DNA from: Tubulanus polymorphus
Taxonomy: Eukaryota > Animalia > Nemertea
NCBI RefSeq assembly: GCF_964204645.1
Contig: NC_134028.1
Span: 14,825,653-14,889,652, forward strand
Length of the DNA: 64,000 nucleotides
Direction: 5' to 3'
Shown here: positions 47,101-59,600 of the stretch, piece after piece
How positions within the stretch are numbered: the stretch's first letter is position 1
How the letters are laid out: every line of letters starts with the position of its first letter
Notes under the pieces: generated by a model
Told to the model about the DNA's origin: nothing
Seen by the model: only the letters and a program-made list of their open reading frames with translations
Databases searched by the model: none
Made by a program: the position numbers and the translations under genes

Positions 47101-48272
47101 TTCTAGCAATATTCAGTCCATTAACACCTTTAGCTATATCAATTGGTGTGTTAGGTTTAAGTTCAAGTGTTTTAACTGGTATAAGTTTAAAATTAAATAT
47201 AAAAAGTAATAAAGAAAAAATTAAAACTAATATAAAAGGAATTAATAGATTAAAAAATACACTAGATTATATAATAAGTTTAAATGGTAATATAACAGTT
47301 GAAGACCAAGATAGATTATTAAAAGAATAAATAAATTATTAATTTTTTAATTATATAAATGGTAGATAGTTTTCCAAAAGCTTTTCAATATAATAAATCA
47401 ATTAAATATAATATTCCTGCAATAGATTTTAATAAAGATATTTCATATAGAAATGAAGTTTAAAATTCATTAATAAATTTAGATATTTATGTTACTGAAA
47501 GTAATAATTTTAATGTAGAGATGGAAAATATATTCAATGTTTACGTAATTACTTTTAAAGATTTAAATGAGGCAAAACAATGGTTATTAAAATCCAATAT
47601 GAAATATTGGCAGAACCAATTAAATTTTGCAGTTTATTGTGCAACAACAGGGTGTGGTATAAATTGGAATGATCATTTAAATAAACCAAGTTTACCATTG
47701 ATGTTATCACTTTTTAGATTTCATACTTATTTTCAAATAAAATTAATATTGAATGAATTAGAATGTCCTTTACCAGGTTCAAAATATTTTAATGAACTAA
47801 ATAATAATATTAATTATTCTAAGTTTTATAGAATATGTAATGAATTTAATATTAATTCAAATAATGATTTTAGAGCAAAAATTGGAACAATGGGTGGATT
47901 AGGAAAAAATTACAGAACACTAAAGATGGAATAAAATTATTCATGACAAAGAATAAAGGAATCAAAAATTCTAAAATGCACATTTATATTATATCTGACG
48001 CGCAATTAAATATTGTAAATTCTCAATTAAGTAGTGTTATGTATTAGAATTTTAATTTTAATAAAGAAATTTATAAAAAATGGATGCAGGTAAAGTATAT
48101 AAACATATTCCATACATTGATAAACATGAAAATAATGATGGCTTATATTATGTAATACCTTGTAAAATAGCTTTGATATTTGATCCTATTTTCAAAAATT
48201 ATAAAACTAAACTAATAGAAATCGATAATAATAAAAGTGGAGTTGCTGATAATTAAAGTAATGAAATTGATA

Positions 48273-48339
48273 ATAATGTTTTACCTTCTACATCAAATAA
48301 TGTTTTACCTTCTACATCAAATAATGTTTTACCTTCTAC
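48273..48339 (+). repeat. 24-bp coding repeat (NNVLPSTS x3) in a decayed zinc-finger ORF (~48080-49720)
   Basis: AATAATGTTTTACCTTCTAC occurs three times; followed by YCGYCKGEF..WNNHMNTATH. Confidence 0.7.
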
Positions 48340-48458
48340 GCCTAATTATGAAATAATATTAAATATTAGTGAAAATAGAAATTATTGTGGCTACTGTAAA
48401 GGTGAATTTTCAAACAGTCCATCAAATTGGAATAATCATATGAATACAGCTACATATA

Positions 48459-49275
48459 CAGTCAAACCCGTTTTATTCGGATCACTCGGGACCGCTAAAA
48501 TTCGTCCGAGTTATGTGAAATCCGAATTAAATAGATAGCCTTTTGTGTAGCAATTTACCATGCCTCTACCATTGAAAATGACAACAATGAGTGTTGATTT
48601 TAAATCGAAACAAAATATATATTTTATTGTATGGATTATTACATTGTATCATGATTAACCATACGCCATCGCAATATAAACAGTCTCAGTCTTTTTTCTC
48701 CAAAGAAGGCAGAAATCAATGTCTGCTTAGCGCGTTTCGGGACGTCCCGTTGAAGAAAGTTCTCACATTTCCGAGAGAAAACCAATACTACATCAACGAA
48801 TTTCTCGTCGGTAGACTTGGCCAGTGCAAATCTGTTTGGAACATCCAAAGCCCCATGAACGTCGGTGACTGTCGGGTTGGGCTTACGGCCTACTATCGCA
48901 ACAATCAATACCGTTAGCCTATTTTAATAGACTGTTGCCTGATCATATACTGTATATTGCAACGCAGCGACGAGTAATGCAGCACATCACTATGACTATT
49001 GAGCGTGGATTGCATCATGTCGCGTCGCACGGCACTGTCGCTGTGCTCTGTTCGATTTTAAAATATATCATCCGAATAAAGTGGTAAGATTTCAAAGGAT
49101 ATGGACAAATGGAACTTGAAAATTCATCCGGAATAGCCAAAAATCCGAATAATACGAACTGAATTAAGTGACATTATGTAAGGTATTATAATAAGAAACT
49201 GAAGGGACTTTTAAAAATCATCCGAGATACGTCGAAATCCAAGTAAAACCGATCCGAATAAAGCGGGCTTGACTG
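48459..49275 (-). mobile_element. non-autonomous pogo/Tigger-like DNA transposon (817 bp)
   Basis: TIRs CAGTCAAACCCGTTTTATTCGGATC / GATCCGAATAAAGCGGGCTTGACTG; TA TSD at 48457-58 and 49276-77; residual KQTLISAFF (PIP-box-like transposase tail) in ORF 48639-48908. Confidence 0.88.
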
Positions 49276-49789
49276 TATTACTAATGTAATAGAGCCTGTT
49301 GGTATAAGAGAATTTATAAAACACCCATTTAGATATGTAACAAAGTTTGTTTCAAATTAAAAAGTAAATGGTAAAGATTTATATAAAGATTTATTAGGTG
49401 AAATTTTATCTAAGGAACCTAGTAATGATAAATTAGATTTATCTGCTGCTAAAAAAATATTAGGATCAAACATTGTAAATGAAATGTTGGAGTCAAACAC
49501 TAAGAAAGATGACAATGAAAATATAGTTACTGGAAAGCATATTGATAATGAAGAATATATAGATTGGACGAAACGTAAAGTAGTAAAAAAAATTAATGAT
49601 GCGGTAGATAGGATGAAAAAGGATTATAATGAAGATTTAATGATGATTCGGTAGAGAGGTTGAATAAATTGTTAGAGTCTGATGATGAATTGGAGAATGA
49701 TGATGAAAATGATGTTAATTATCTCACATAATATATTGGTTGAAAATTGTATAAAATAATAGTTAATAAAAAAGGGGTTTTAAGTATTT

Positions 49790-49836
49790 ATGTATCTAAT
49801 ACGTATCTAATACGTATCTAATACGTATCTAATACA
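49790..49836. repeat. 11-bp tandem repeat TATCTAATACG x4
   Basis: Direct inspection; degenerate copy at ~50020-50050. Confidence 0.8.
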
Positions 49837-50031
49837 TATTATTTGAAAATACCTTTAATTATAATTTTTTTTTTAATTTATATTGAAACCTCAGTAATAA
49901 TAATTAACCTTTATTATTTTCAAACTTATTCATATATTAGTTGAAAAAATGAAAATAAATTGGTTAAAAATTGTATAAATAATATTTATTTTAAAAAGGG
50001 GGGTTTAAGTATTAATGTGTCTAATATGTAC

Positions 50032-50668
50032 CTAATACGTATCTAATACATAAATACATAAAATACCTTGTTTTATAAATTTATATTCATAGGGAAATTG
50101 TAGTCTCAGTAATAATTTTGAACCTTTATTATTTTTTAATTTATTCATATATTCATCATGTAATTCAGTAGGTATAATTTGATTTTCTTCCAATGATTGT
50201 TGGATAGATTTTCTATCTTTGTTATAAAATAAAACTAAAAATCTTATATTCTCCCTAAAATCTTTAACAATTGAATTATATTTTTGATTTAAAACCCATG
50301 TTGTTATCCCGAAATGTCTCCCAGAGAAAGCTAGATAACATAACTCACTTTCTCTCACTTTTGAATCATGTAAATTTGCGCAATCATCTATAATGAATAA
50401 TGTATTTGAACCTTTATAAATATCAATTGCTATTTTTATACAATTATCTAAATTTTCTTTTACTGTTTTAGGATCTAATATAATAAACTTTTTTATCTAA
50501 ACTATATCCCTATTATATGTTTAATTCATTTGAGAATAATATGGTATTATCAAAATGATTCTTATAAATAGTTTCTAGCAAATCTAATATGAAAAGTGTT
50601 TTACCACAGTTGGTTACCCCAGTAACTAACATATTATGCGGTTCAAATATAAATAAATCTTTATTCAT
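50032..50668 (-). pseudogene. A32-like genome-packaging ATPase (disrupted)
   Basis: MNKDLFIFEPHNMLVTGVTNCGKT, FIIDD, GRHFGIT; internal deletion and stop near 50520. Confidence 0.85.
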
Positions 50669-51743
50669 TTATTCTTTTAATTTTACTAGATAAAATCCAT
50701 TCATTAAGTTTATCATCGTACCCTTAATATTTCACCAAAGAATACTTTTTTCCTTTAAGAGTTTTTGTTTTCAATACTTTTTCTATTTTGTATTCTATTT
50801 CATCTGGGTTCGGTACAAGTGATAATTCTTGTTCATAGAAATAACCTAATATTTCTTCATCTTTTAAATCTTCTAATTTATAAACAAATGGTTTAGTTAA
50901 TATTATCTTTTTAGTCTTGAATATTTCTTCTGTAAAATTAGGAGTATAACCTTTATAAAATGTTTTTCAATATTAAGATATTCTAACATGTCCAATTTTA
51001 AATTTAGGTTCTCCGAAATCATGTGTAACAAACGCACCATATAAGTTATTCCAAACTATTTCTGAATTATCTTCTTTTCTAGCTTGTATAGGTTTCATAT
51101 TTATAGAACTATGTTTAGAATTATTATAACCTTTCACTAAATCTTCTAACACATCGATATATTTGTATGTTTCATTAGCAGTAAAATATTTCCACATTCT
51201 AGTTTTCAATGTTTTATTAAATCTTTCTATAATAAATGCTTTTTTATCTAAGTGTGTTGAAAAATACTCTACATCGTTATCAGATAATATTTTTTTATAA
51301 TGTTTATTATAGAATTCTTTACCTTCATCAAATTGTATCATATCTGGAATAGCTTTTTTAAATATTGATTTAAAAGCATTTGTTACTTCTATACCAGTTT
51401 TATTTTTGATTGGAATTGACCATGCGTATCTACTGAATATATCTATAACATTTAATATCCAGAAATATCTTTTGTTGTGTTCTTCTAAGTTCTTCATATC
51501 AATTCAATCTGCTTGCCATCGTTGATCGATATATGAAACCATAACTTTTCTTGTTAGATAAGTTTTATCCATTTTCTTGTGGATTTGATATGTTGGTTGA
51601 TTTTGTAACCATAATTTTAGTTCACTATATTTTATATTTTCATTATCAGATTTAATTTTATCCCATAATTCTGAAACGCTAGAATATGATACTTCACTCT
51701 CTGGGTTATAATATAAATCTCTTAAATATTGTTCTTTTTTCAT
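50669..51743 (-). pseudogene. retroviral-like DDE integrase with C-terminal chromodomain
   Basis: LYYNP..SY, WLQNQPTY..H, WQAD, IDIFSRYAW, QFDEGKEF, IERFNKTLK, YNNSKHSSI; YKIEKVLK...LVKY*GY...NEWI; frameshifts at ~51500 and ~50975. Confidence 0.9.
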
Positions 51744-51749
51744 CTTATT

Positions 51750-52112
51750 TTAATCCATTAATAATAATTTAGATTTAGTTTCAATGACTTTATGATTTGA
51801 CTTATTTTCTGGTATAATAGGTTTATCATCGGAATCATTATTATTAGATTTGAATTTATATTTATATATTACACCAGAGAATATAATAATTCTGATTAAC
51901 CCAATTGTAATATATAAGTAATTATTTCTTCCACTATTAGAAGAATCAGATGGATTGTTATTTGAATTAATATCAGATAATTTCTGTGATTCATTTATAT
52001 CAGTTAATTTCTTTTTCTTAGCTTTTTTAAATTCTGCAGATCTTTTACCTAATTCCCTAGCCCATTTAATTTGTTTTTCAGATGTAGGCTTCTTCTTAAT
52101 ATCATCACTCAT
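51750..52112 (-). CDS. small basic TM protein (homolog of 28129-28482)
   Basis: KQIKWARELG; hydrophobic YLYITIGLIRIIIFSGVIY. Confidence 0.7.
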   Translation of the reverse strand: MSDDIKKKPTSEKQIKWARELGKRSAEFKKAKKKKLTDINESQKLSDINSNNNPSDSSNSGRNNYLYITIGLIRIIIFSGVIYKYKFKSNNNDSDDKPIIPENKSNHKVIETKSKLLLMD

Positions 52113-52713
52113 TTATTTTAGTTAATTTTTGTTCTGATTCATTTTCTGTTTCACCGTGTGGGGGTCGTACGGCACCATCTGTTTCGTTCTTACCTGATTT
52201 ATATTCTATAGGCTTGATATTCGAAAATGTTATGACACCAGTAGAAATTAATGTCATAGCCGATCCTAATTGGAATGGAGCGTATCCAACCCATTTTTGT
52301 AATTCAGTCATAACTAAGTAGTCATTTTTTAAATCACTATATAATTTATTTTCATCATGAATTGGTATAATCCGTTTACATGATTTTGAATAACATTTGA
52401 CAATACCATCAGAAATAGAATCATTTATTCGGGCCAATCTTGACTCTTCATAAATCTTAGAATATTTTATTACTTTATCTGGTTTCATGGCATCTAGTTC
52501 TTGATAAGTTACAATTTTTCCCAAGAATTCTTTAGATTTCCCTCCGGCAATTAGTAATTCAAGATGGTCCTTACAATATAAGTAGTATTCATAATCAATA
52601 TTACAATTAATATTATTTTCAATTTTGGTTGGAATATCCTTATTATCACTAATGCCCAAATCATCTAATGTTTTTTCAATATCGGTATTATTCTTATTAG
52701 ATTTCTTTGACAT
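52105..52713 (-). CDS. conserved Maverick hypothetical protein (homolog of 28430-29020)
   Basis: YEYYLYCK, RINDSIS, DLKNDYLVMTEL. Confidence 0.75.
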   Translation of the reverse strand: MSKKSNKNNTDIEKTLDDLGISDNKDIPTKIENNINCNIDYEYYLYCKDHLELLIAGGKSKEFLGKIVTYQELDAMKPDKVIKYSKIYEESRLARINDSISDGIVKCYSKSCKRIIPIHDENKLYSDLKNDYLVMTELQKWVGYAPFQLGSAMTLISTGVITFSNIKPIEYKSGKNETDGAVRPPHGETENESEQKLTKINE

Positions 52714-53049
52714 TTATGTTAGAGAAAAAAGCGAAAAAAAAAATTAAAAAGTATTATTATTATTAAAAAGTATTATAAAATGATACTGGTTAATTAAGTT
52801 ATTGATACGAAATTGACTAGGTTAGTTCAAATAAAGAATTTCTATTTGAATCTTATCAAAATATAAAGTATTCTCCTTTTGAAAAGAAATGCAAAAGAAA
52901 ATATTATAAATTAAAATAGAAATAATGGCTAGTTGAAGGTATGTAATTTTTAATATATTTTATTTAAATTCTATTCAATATCTCACTGCTTTTGTCTATC
53001 TATGCGGAGCAATTAAATTGTCCAGATAAGTCATTTCGGATTCTCGATA

Positions 53050-53682
53050 TTAAATCATATTCCATAATTGTATAAATCTTTCAGCTTTAATTATTTGATT
53101 ATTATATAATTCATTATCAATTTTATCACGTTTAATTCTATTTTCTATTTTCGATAAAGGTTGAATATTCACCCAATTACATATTGTTTTTATTTCAGAT
53201 TCATCTTCAATTGATGATAATGGGATAACATGATCTAACTCCCAATATTCTCCATGATTCTCAAATTTCATGTTATTATCGAACTGATATTCTATCCATG
53301 ATTTAAAAAATTCTATAGAACATCCTAAATAACCAATTGATCTATCAGATTTTATATAATTTTTGAAAACTCTGTTCAAACTAGTTCTGTTAGTATGCTT
53401 TAATTTGAATAATGGATCTGAATTATATTTTACTTTTTGGTAATTATTGATATGTTCGCGGTTATCTTTTTTCCAATCTCTCATGTGTTCTGGGTTATTT
53501 TCTCGATATTGTGCATTATTTTGTTTCCAACAAATATTTCGTAAACCATGTTTGTAAATCTTTTGTTTATAATATTCTGAAGATTGTTTATCTAATTCAC
53601 ACTTAGAACATATCTTATGATAAACATGAACAACACCAGCGTTATTTGTTATATTAATAATTTGTGGCTGTTTACTTTCCAT
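53050..53682 (-). CDS. HNH-type endonuclease (large-DNA-virus style)
   Basis: CSKC, YLGCSIEFFKSWIEYQF, WELDHVIPLS, NWVNIQPLSKIENRIK. Confidence 0.8.
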   Translation of the reverse strand: MESKQPQIINITNNAGVVHVYHKICSKCELDKQSSEYYKQKIYKHGLRNICWKQNNAQYRENNPEHMRDWKKDNREHINNYQKVKYNSDPLFKLKHTNRTSLNRVFKNYIKSDRSIGYLGCSIEFFKSWIEYQFDNNMKFENHGEYWELDHVIPLSSIEDESEIKTICNWVNIQPLSKIENRIKRDKIDNELYNNQIIKAERFIQLWNMI

Positions 53683-53838
53683 TTATAATATATGAATTTT
53701 TTTATTCTATTTGAAATCTATTTGATAATTTCCGTCTGTTCATCTTCGACTAACGTCATCCTTTTTCATTCCTCGCTGCTTTTGATAAGTCATTTCAGAT
53801 CCTTGATATCAAAATCATACCATTTGCAATATCCGTGT

Positions 53839-54014
53839 CGCATGCGCACTGGGCAAAAGCGCGCCTGTATGCGCGCTTTTGATCAATGCGCATGCGTCAA
53901 TCATAATTGTATATTTATTCTGTAAAATTGAAACAACCGAACATAGAACATTCAAACGCATGCGCATTGAGCAAAAGCGCGCATACAGGCGCGCTTTTGC
54001 TTAATACGCATGCG
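53839..54014. repeat. two GC-rich 58-bp hairpins in flip/flop orientation
   Basis: 53839-53896 has loop CTGTAT; 53957-54014 has loop ATACAG; downstream flanks are direct repeats. Confidence 0.85.
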
Positions 54015-54761
54015 CTAATCATAATTGAAACGACCGAACATAGAATATTCACCAAGCTGCGCCTACAGATTTACACAATTATACAAGTATGTTCGGTCGT
54101 TTCATCCAATACATCATTTGATTTCTACATATAAAATCTATATTTACAAACATTTTTTCAATTGCCGGTAAATATTTAACTACATCAACAAATGTTAAAC
54201 TTAATTATTGGAATTTTTGGAGTAGTCTAAATGTTTTTGAAATTCTTATATAGTTTCTTCGTCGATCTTTTGTATTTCTTGTGCTTCTACGCCAATTTCT
54301 ATTGGTTCGATATCCATTGCTGTCGATTCCTCAGAAAGAGTATCTTGAGTTTCTCTATCGCTTCTTGATGCGCGTGACATTTTATTAATCTAAAAGATTT
54401 TAGTGGTAACTCTAGCTATCTAAAAGATATACTAAATAGAAATATATTTAAAGTTTTCATATTTAGTGCCCCCCCCCCCTTTCCCTACTTCATAATAATT
54501 ACAAAAAACAGTACTTACATTTAGAACTGTAAACCTTAACTCCGAATTGTGTTTCGATAGATAAATCCTAATCGTTCTGTATATGCCGTTTGTTCAGTAA
54601 GAGAGCGGCGATCCAGTATGTGTAATACATACTTGCGCAACAGTAAATATCAGAGGTATGATTCATTATGTCGAAATACATACTCAACAGGCGCCGTGCG
54701 TCACTATGGCAACTATAGCAACAGGTGTTTTTGTAAAAAATCAAGAGTCATGTATTATAGT

Positions 54762-55016
54762 ATATTGATTTTACATGTTGGACAGTAGTACTTCTTATTT
54801 GCTTCCATTTTAACACTAAATTTTTTATTAAAATTGATTTTAGAAGTTATTCATTTATATGTTATTCATATATATGAATATTTTAAGAGTAATAGGGATA
54901 ATAGGGGTTCAGGTTAAAGGTTGAAGGGGTGAGTGAGTAAAAAAATGAAAAATAAATTCGAGCGTGCGAGAATTTATTTTTTATTTTTTACGAGCTCGAC
55001 CGTTCGACCTTTGGCT
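54762..55016 (-). repeat. inverted copy of Maverick A terminus (16111-16366), outer 24 bp missing
   Basis: Reverse-complement match including the hairpin and the first ~15 codons of pPolB. Confidence 0.9.
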
Positions 55017-55975
55017 GTTACTTCATGATACTCCCGACTACTTTCTATAAAAAGAAAAACGGAAGTATGGGGAGACATTGTTGTTTTGCTTTATCCCGTA
55101 TTCTAATCAAATTTATTTAGTATAACAGTTATAGAATGATTTTAAGAAAGATAGTGGATCATAATGAAGTTCCGAATCAAAAGTATTTATAATAATTCAA
55201 AAAGAAATAATCAGTGGTACCGTAATTTGAGACAAATACTAAAGTTTCGAAAATATATTTAATTTGAATATCCTGGATGTTAATTGAGAACAAAGTCTCT
55301 ATAATCGCTAAGGTGTTATGAAAATTAATTTGTGTTAAATGTTAATACTAGCTCTCTAAAGTTTCTCTTGTTGTATACGTCTGTTGGTAACTCGCAGAGA
55401 ATAGCAGTTCTCTCAACAATGATAAGCAAGGAGTGAGTAAATCATTCCGCGTCATGACAGGAGGGTTGGAAGGAAAAAGTTAGTTCAGCAAATCAGTTTT
55501 GAAAATAATTTTAGATCAGCAAATCATTAAGGCTAAATTCTATATGTCCAAAACATTCATGACAGTTAGGTTGCTACTCCTTGCCAAAAGTCGAGTGGGA
55601 GAGTCGGTATTTAAGAATGCCGATTCTTTCTATAAAAGGGACCCGCAGTCTTGAGAGAAAAGACACTAAAAAGATACTCGATAGAGATTCGATAGATACT
55701 TGTTAGAAGCTTGTTTGGGACTTGATTCAGGACGGGTTACCAGCAGGAGAGTACAATAGGAACTTAGAGCTAGGAACTGGACTGTGTTTTAACTGGGAAG
55801 CTTAGATTAAGTATCAAGGTAAATAAAATTCATTTTACTATTATTATATTCATTCAAATTTCTGGTATATCTAGTTTTTACTTGGGTTTGTGCGCGGACA
55901 CGTTCTCTCGCCAGGGACCGATCATCGCTTTTATTATTATACGACTAAGGAGAGGATTGTGACCGGCGTATCACT
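55016..55975 (+). mobile_element. possible LTR remnant
   Basis: Begins TGTTAC exactly where the Maverick terminus breaks; TATAAAAGG (~55631) and AATAAA (~55822); no partner LTR or TSD found. Confidence 0.3.
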
Positions 55976-56304
55976 ATACTGAAAAGAACGCAGTCTCAAA
56001 TGTTTTGTGACTTTCTCAAAATGTATCAAAAATTTAACAAATTTTTAGTTCATAAGTCCTCAAATATTCATAAATGAACAGTTAAAAATTGTTGAAACAT
56101 GTCGACTCTGCCGTAAAATCAACCTATTAACAATCCGGAATTTGGGATAATATTGGGCTTTAGAGAACATAATGCCCCCGAGGTCTTCACATTTACAGAA
56201 AAGATTACGTAAGTGATTCACGCGCAGCGCGCGATAGGCGCACAATAGAAATCTGAGCAGCGCGTTCTTTGAGTGTCACCAATTAAGAGGACCGCTATTA
56301 TGAA

Positions 56305-56640
56305 AATTGACTGCGGGAGGAATATTCCTCCCAATGTCAATCGATGGAAACTTGACCATGGGGTCCGATATTCAAAGAATTGACTTTGGGAGGAATATTC
56401 CTCCCAAGGTCAAACGAAGAGAATTTGACCTTCAGGTCTGATATTCAAAGTATCGACGTCGGGAGGATTGTTCCTCCCTATGTCAAACCATGGACGTATA
56501 ATCTAGTTTATACGTCCATGGTCAAACGAAGGAAAATGGACCTGGTCTGATATTCGAAATATTGTCATTTGTCAACTGAAGGAAAATGAACCCGAGTCTT
56601 AGATTCAAAGCATATTGATTTAGGGAGGAATTTTTCCTCC
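56305..56640. repeat. ~73-bp degenerate tandem repeat with GGGAGGAATATTCCTCCC palindromes
   Basis: Palindrome at ~56315, ~56388, ~56461 and ~56622 with GATATTCAAAG linkers. Confidence 0.8.
56489..56520. mobile_element. 32-bp hairpin insertion with 7-bp TSD
   Basis: GTCAAAC[CATGGACGTATAA-TCTAGT-TTATACGTCCATG]GTCAAAC. Confidence 0.75.
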
Positions 56641-59600
56641 CACCACTAAACGCTATAACCTGAAATTTTAGAAAGATAGGTGTTTTGGGTGTAATTAGTT
56701 TTTTTAAAGCCATAAAGCCGGTAGATTTATGAATTTCGAGTGATACGATACACATTGTTCGAGGTAATGAGACGGTATGAGACATAGGCCTACATACAAT
56801 TCAAGAAAACTAAATAGATTTTGTATTTTCCTTGTCTAACAGTAAATTGCTATAACTTTGTTGACAATCAATTGTAATCAGATTGTAATCATGCCCTTCC
56901 CGATAAACATGTAGAGGGGATTCGTAATTAAAACACGTGCATAACATAGAAATTAAGTTTTGATTATACAGGGAATATATTAGGACTGCTTACAAATTTT
57001 CACAAGACTGCGATAAATCTAAATAGCTTAACGGCACGAGTTTAGCTAATTTACGGGTTTAAAGGTTCATTTTCAGAGTCAATGGACGTAATTTGATAAA
57101 TGCATTCTTTAAATGGAAATTCTATAGTAATCGATACAAATCATTTATATTAGGTGTTTTGTGTTAATTAAGAATGGTAATTCAAGGATAAAAGATCGTT
57201 ATGAAGCTAATACATTTCATTCGTGTGGATTCTTCTCTCATTACTAGCGTTAATAAGAGATTCGCGTGTCACGCATGATAAAAAAAATTATTCGAGTCGT
57301 ATTTCTTTCATTTACGATCGCAAATTAGCCATTGTCCTAGTGAGCATTATTCTCATTTATATGTATAAGTGTATTCGGTATGAGGGTTTGTTTCTTTCTT
57401 CACTCCTGTATATACAATTCAGAAATAGGAGTTAATAAGGAGGTTTTACTCCTAACCGAACTCAGTTCCCATTCAGTTCAGTTCAAGTTTATATGCATGG
57501 AGATCTATGAAATAAGGGAAAATACAATCCAGCCTACTAGCCACTGAACGTTAGCACCCAGAAAACGTCAAGAATTTGCAGAGAGAAAACATTATGTTAC
57601 AAAAATATCGGATAAAATTCATTCTAAACATGCGTTACTAAGCCCAGAACTCCAGATATCGGGATGTTATGTCTAAGGCAGATTTCTCCCTTTATGACAC
57701 AACCATTTAATTACTCATGTGACCATTATGTTTAAACACCTCTCACAATCAAGCTTAAGATTTAGTGGTCTGCGGTATGAATGCTTTAGTATTGATTCAT
57801 ATACGAAGCATTATAGTCTTTACATTGAAATTAGTTGATAGAATGCATCTTACTTTTTCTCGACTTAAAAATTATTATTTGATTGACATACTACGGATTC
57901 GGAAACTAGTTGATTAAAAGCACAAACGCATATAGTCGCTATCCTGGTAATTAAATCGACTTAAAAATCGATTGATTGTTATTGAAATGATGAAAGTTGA
58001 AAAAGACAATCAACGTTTTTATGAGATATATGTTTCGTTGTTCGTGATATTCATCATACACCAATGTCTAGTAAAATTAACAATTCAAAGTTACTACAAA
58101 ACTTGCAAATTCTAATGTTTATTTAGCGGCAATTTTCCAACGTTTATCCAAAGATTGAAATACTTCATTAATACTAAACTAATACTAAAAGTTATCGCAC
58201 TGGTAAAATGATATTTCAAATTTCAAATAGTAATTCAAAGATATTTCAAATAAAAAGTTTCAACAATTTATCGCATCGCACAGCAAAATTCGTGAAATAC
58301 ATTTTTGATTTACGGGTGCCTCATAGGCCTGTCATCACTTGTACATTGTCATAATGAATTCTCTTTAATTGAGCAATATTTACTTAGGACTTAATCACTG
58401 ACTTTCTATAGATAATGAGCTATACAAAGCCTAAACCGATAAAATTCAGTGGCTTGTTATTGTCAGCTTGCTTGTATACCAAGCTTCGCTAACATAAACG
58501 ATGATGTTGCCCTTTTAACTGAAATCTTGACGTATCAAATTATAGATAAATAAAACTGCAAAAATTGCTTCAATCGTTTTTACGCATGAGGAATCGATCT
58601 TGATTTGAAAGGCACTTGTTGACATGTGGGGAAAAATTGAAAATTTTCACAGAAATCCTTTAAAACGATTCCAGTTATTTTGGACTTAATTTTGCAATAC
58701 AAACGAAAACATACCAGCGGCAGCAAATCATAAACTCTTTAATTGGTATTCTTAGGGGATTTTTACCGGGGAATTTCTACCATTACCGTGTAGACGAGCC
58801 GGTAACAAAAAACCTTTGGAAACAACAAATTATTCGCTTGTATAAATTTACGCCACTTTTGATAGGACTGCCCATGGACTCTAAAACGAAATCGTTTTAG
58901 AGTCCATGATTTTACGGCAGAGTCGACATGTTTCAACAATTTTTAACTGTTCATTTATGAATATTTGAGGACTTATGAACTAAAAATTAGTTAAATTTTT
59001 GATACATTTTGAGAAAGTCACAAAACATTTGAGACTGCGTTAAAGAAAATGTGCTGATTTGTGATAATATATCGTTTTTTCCAAGTTTGTATATATTTCT
59101 AAGTGTTTAGAATGATTAATGTATGTGAGACAGAATTATACTGAATGAAACTGTAAATAATAGAATATTTTTAGAAGTTTATAATAGAAAATGAGTATAC
59201 GTAATTCTTATCTCATTATTTTTTAGAGTTTTCCTTCTGATTAATCCACTTCATGTCTTATCCCGGGTTTCCTTAGGGTTTTTCCTGTCTATCATTTCAT
59301 TCTCTAGCCTCTAGTACTTATGATTTACGAGACATTAAGGGATTATTCTTGGTCATAGTATAATGATCCGCAGCTGAATTGTACTTTCAAAAAGATCAAA
59401 CGATTTGTATACGTAGGTTTCTTGGCATGTCCTGGGAGAACACACGCTTTGTTCGTTATGTACGATAATACATTATCCGCCTTAATGGTTGTTTGTCTGA
59501 AACATTTATACTTGTATCAGACGAGCATTCTAAATCATTTGAAGGTAATCACGGCGCTGTAGTCATGAGAAGAATTCGTGGAAATGAGCAATTATGAAAT

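Larger units (their letters stand above)
31856..47627. repeat. tandem segmental duplication of ~7.89 kb (31856-39741 / 39740-47627)
   Basis: ORF pairs offset by 7884-7886 bp with only scattered differences; TT microhomology at the junction 39740-39741. Confidence 0.95.
55987..59041. mobile_element. non-autonomous DNA transposon, 135-bp TIRs, apparent 4-bp TSD AAAG
   Basis: 55987-56121 is the near-perfect reverse complement of 58907-59041; AAAG at 55983-86 and 59042-45; no coding capacity seen. Confidence 0.88.
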
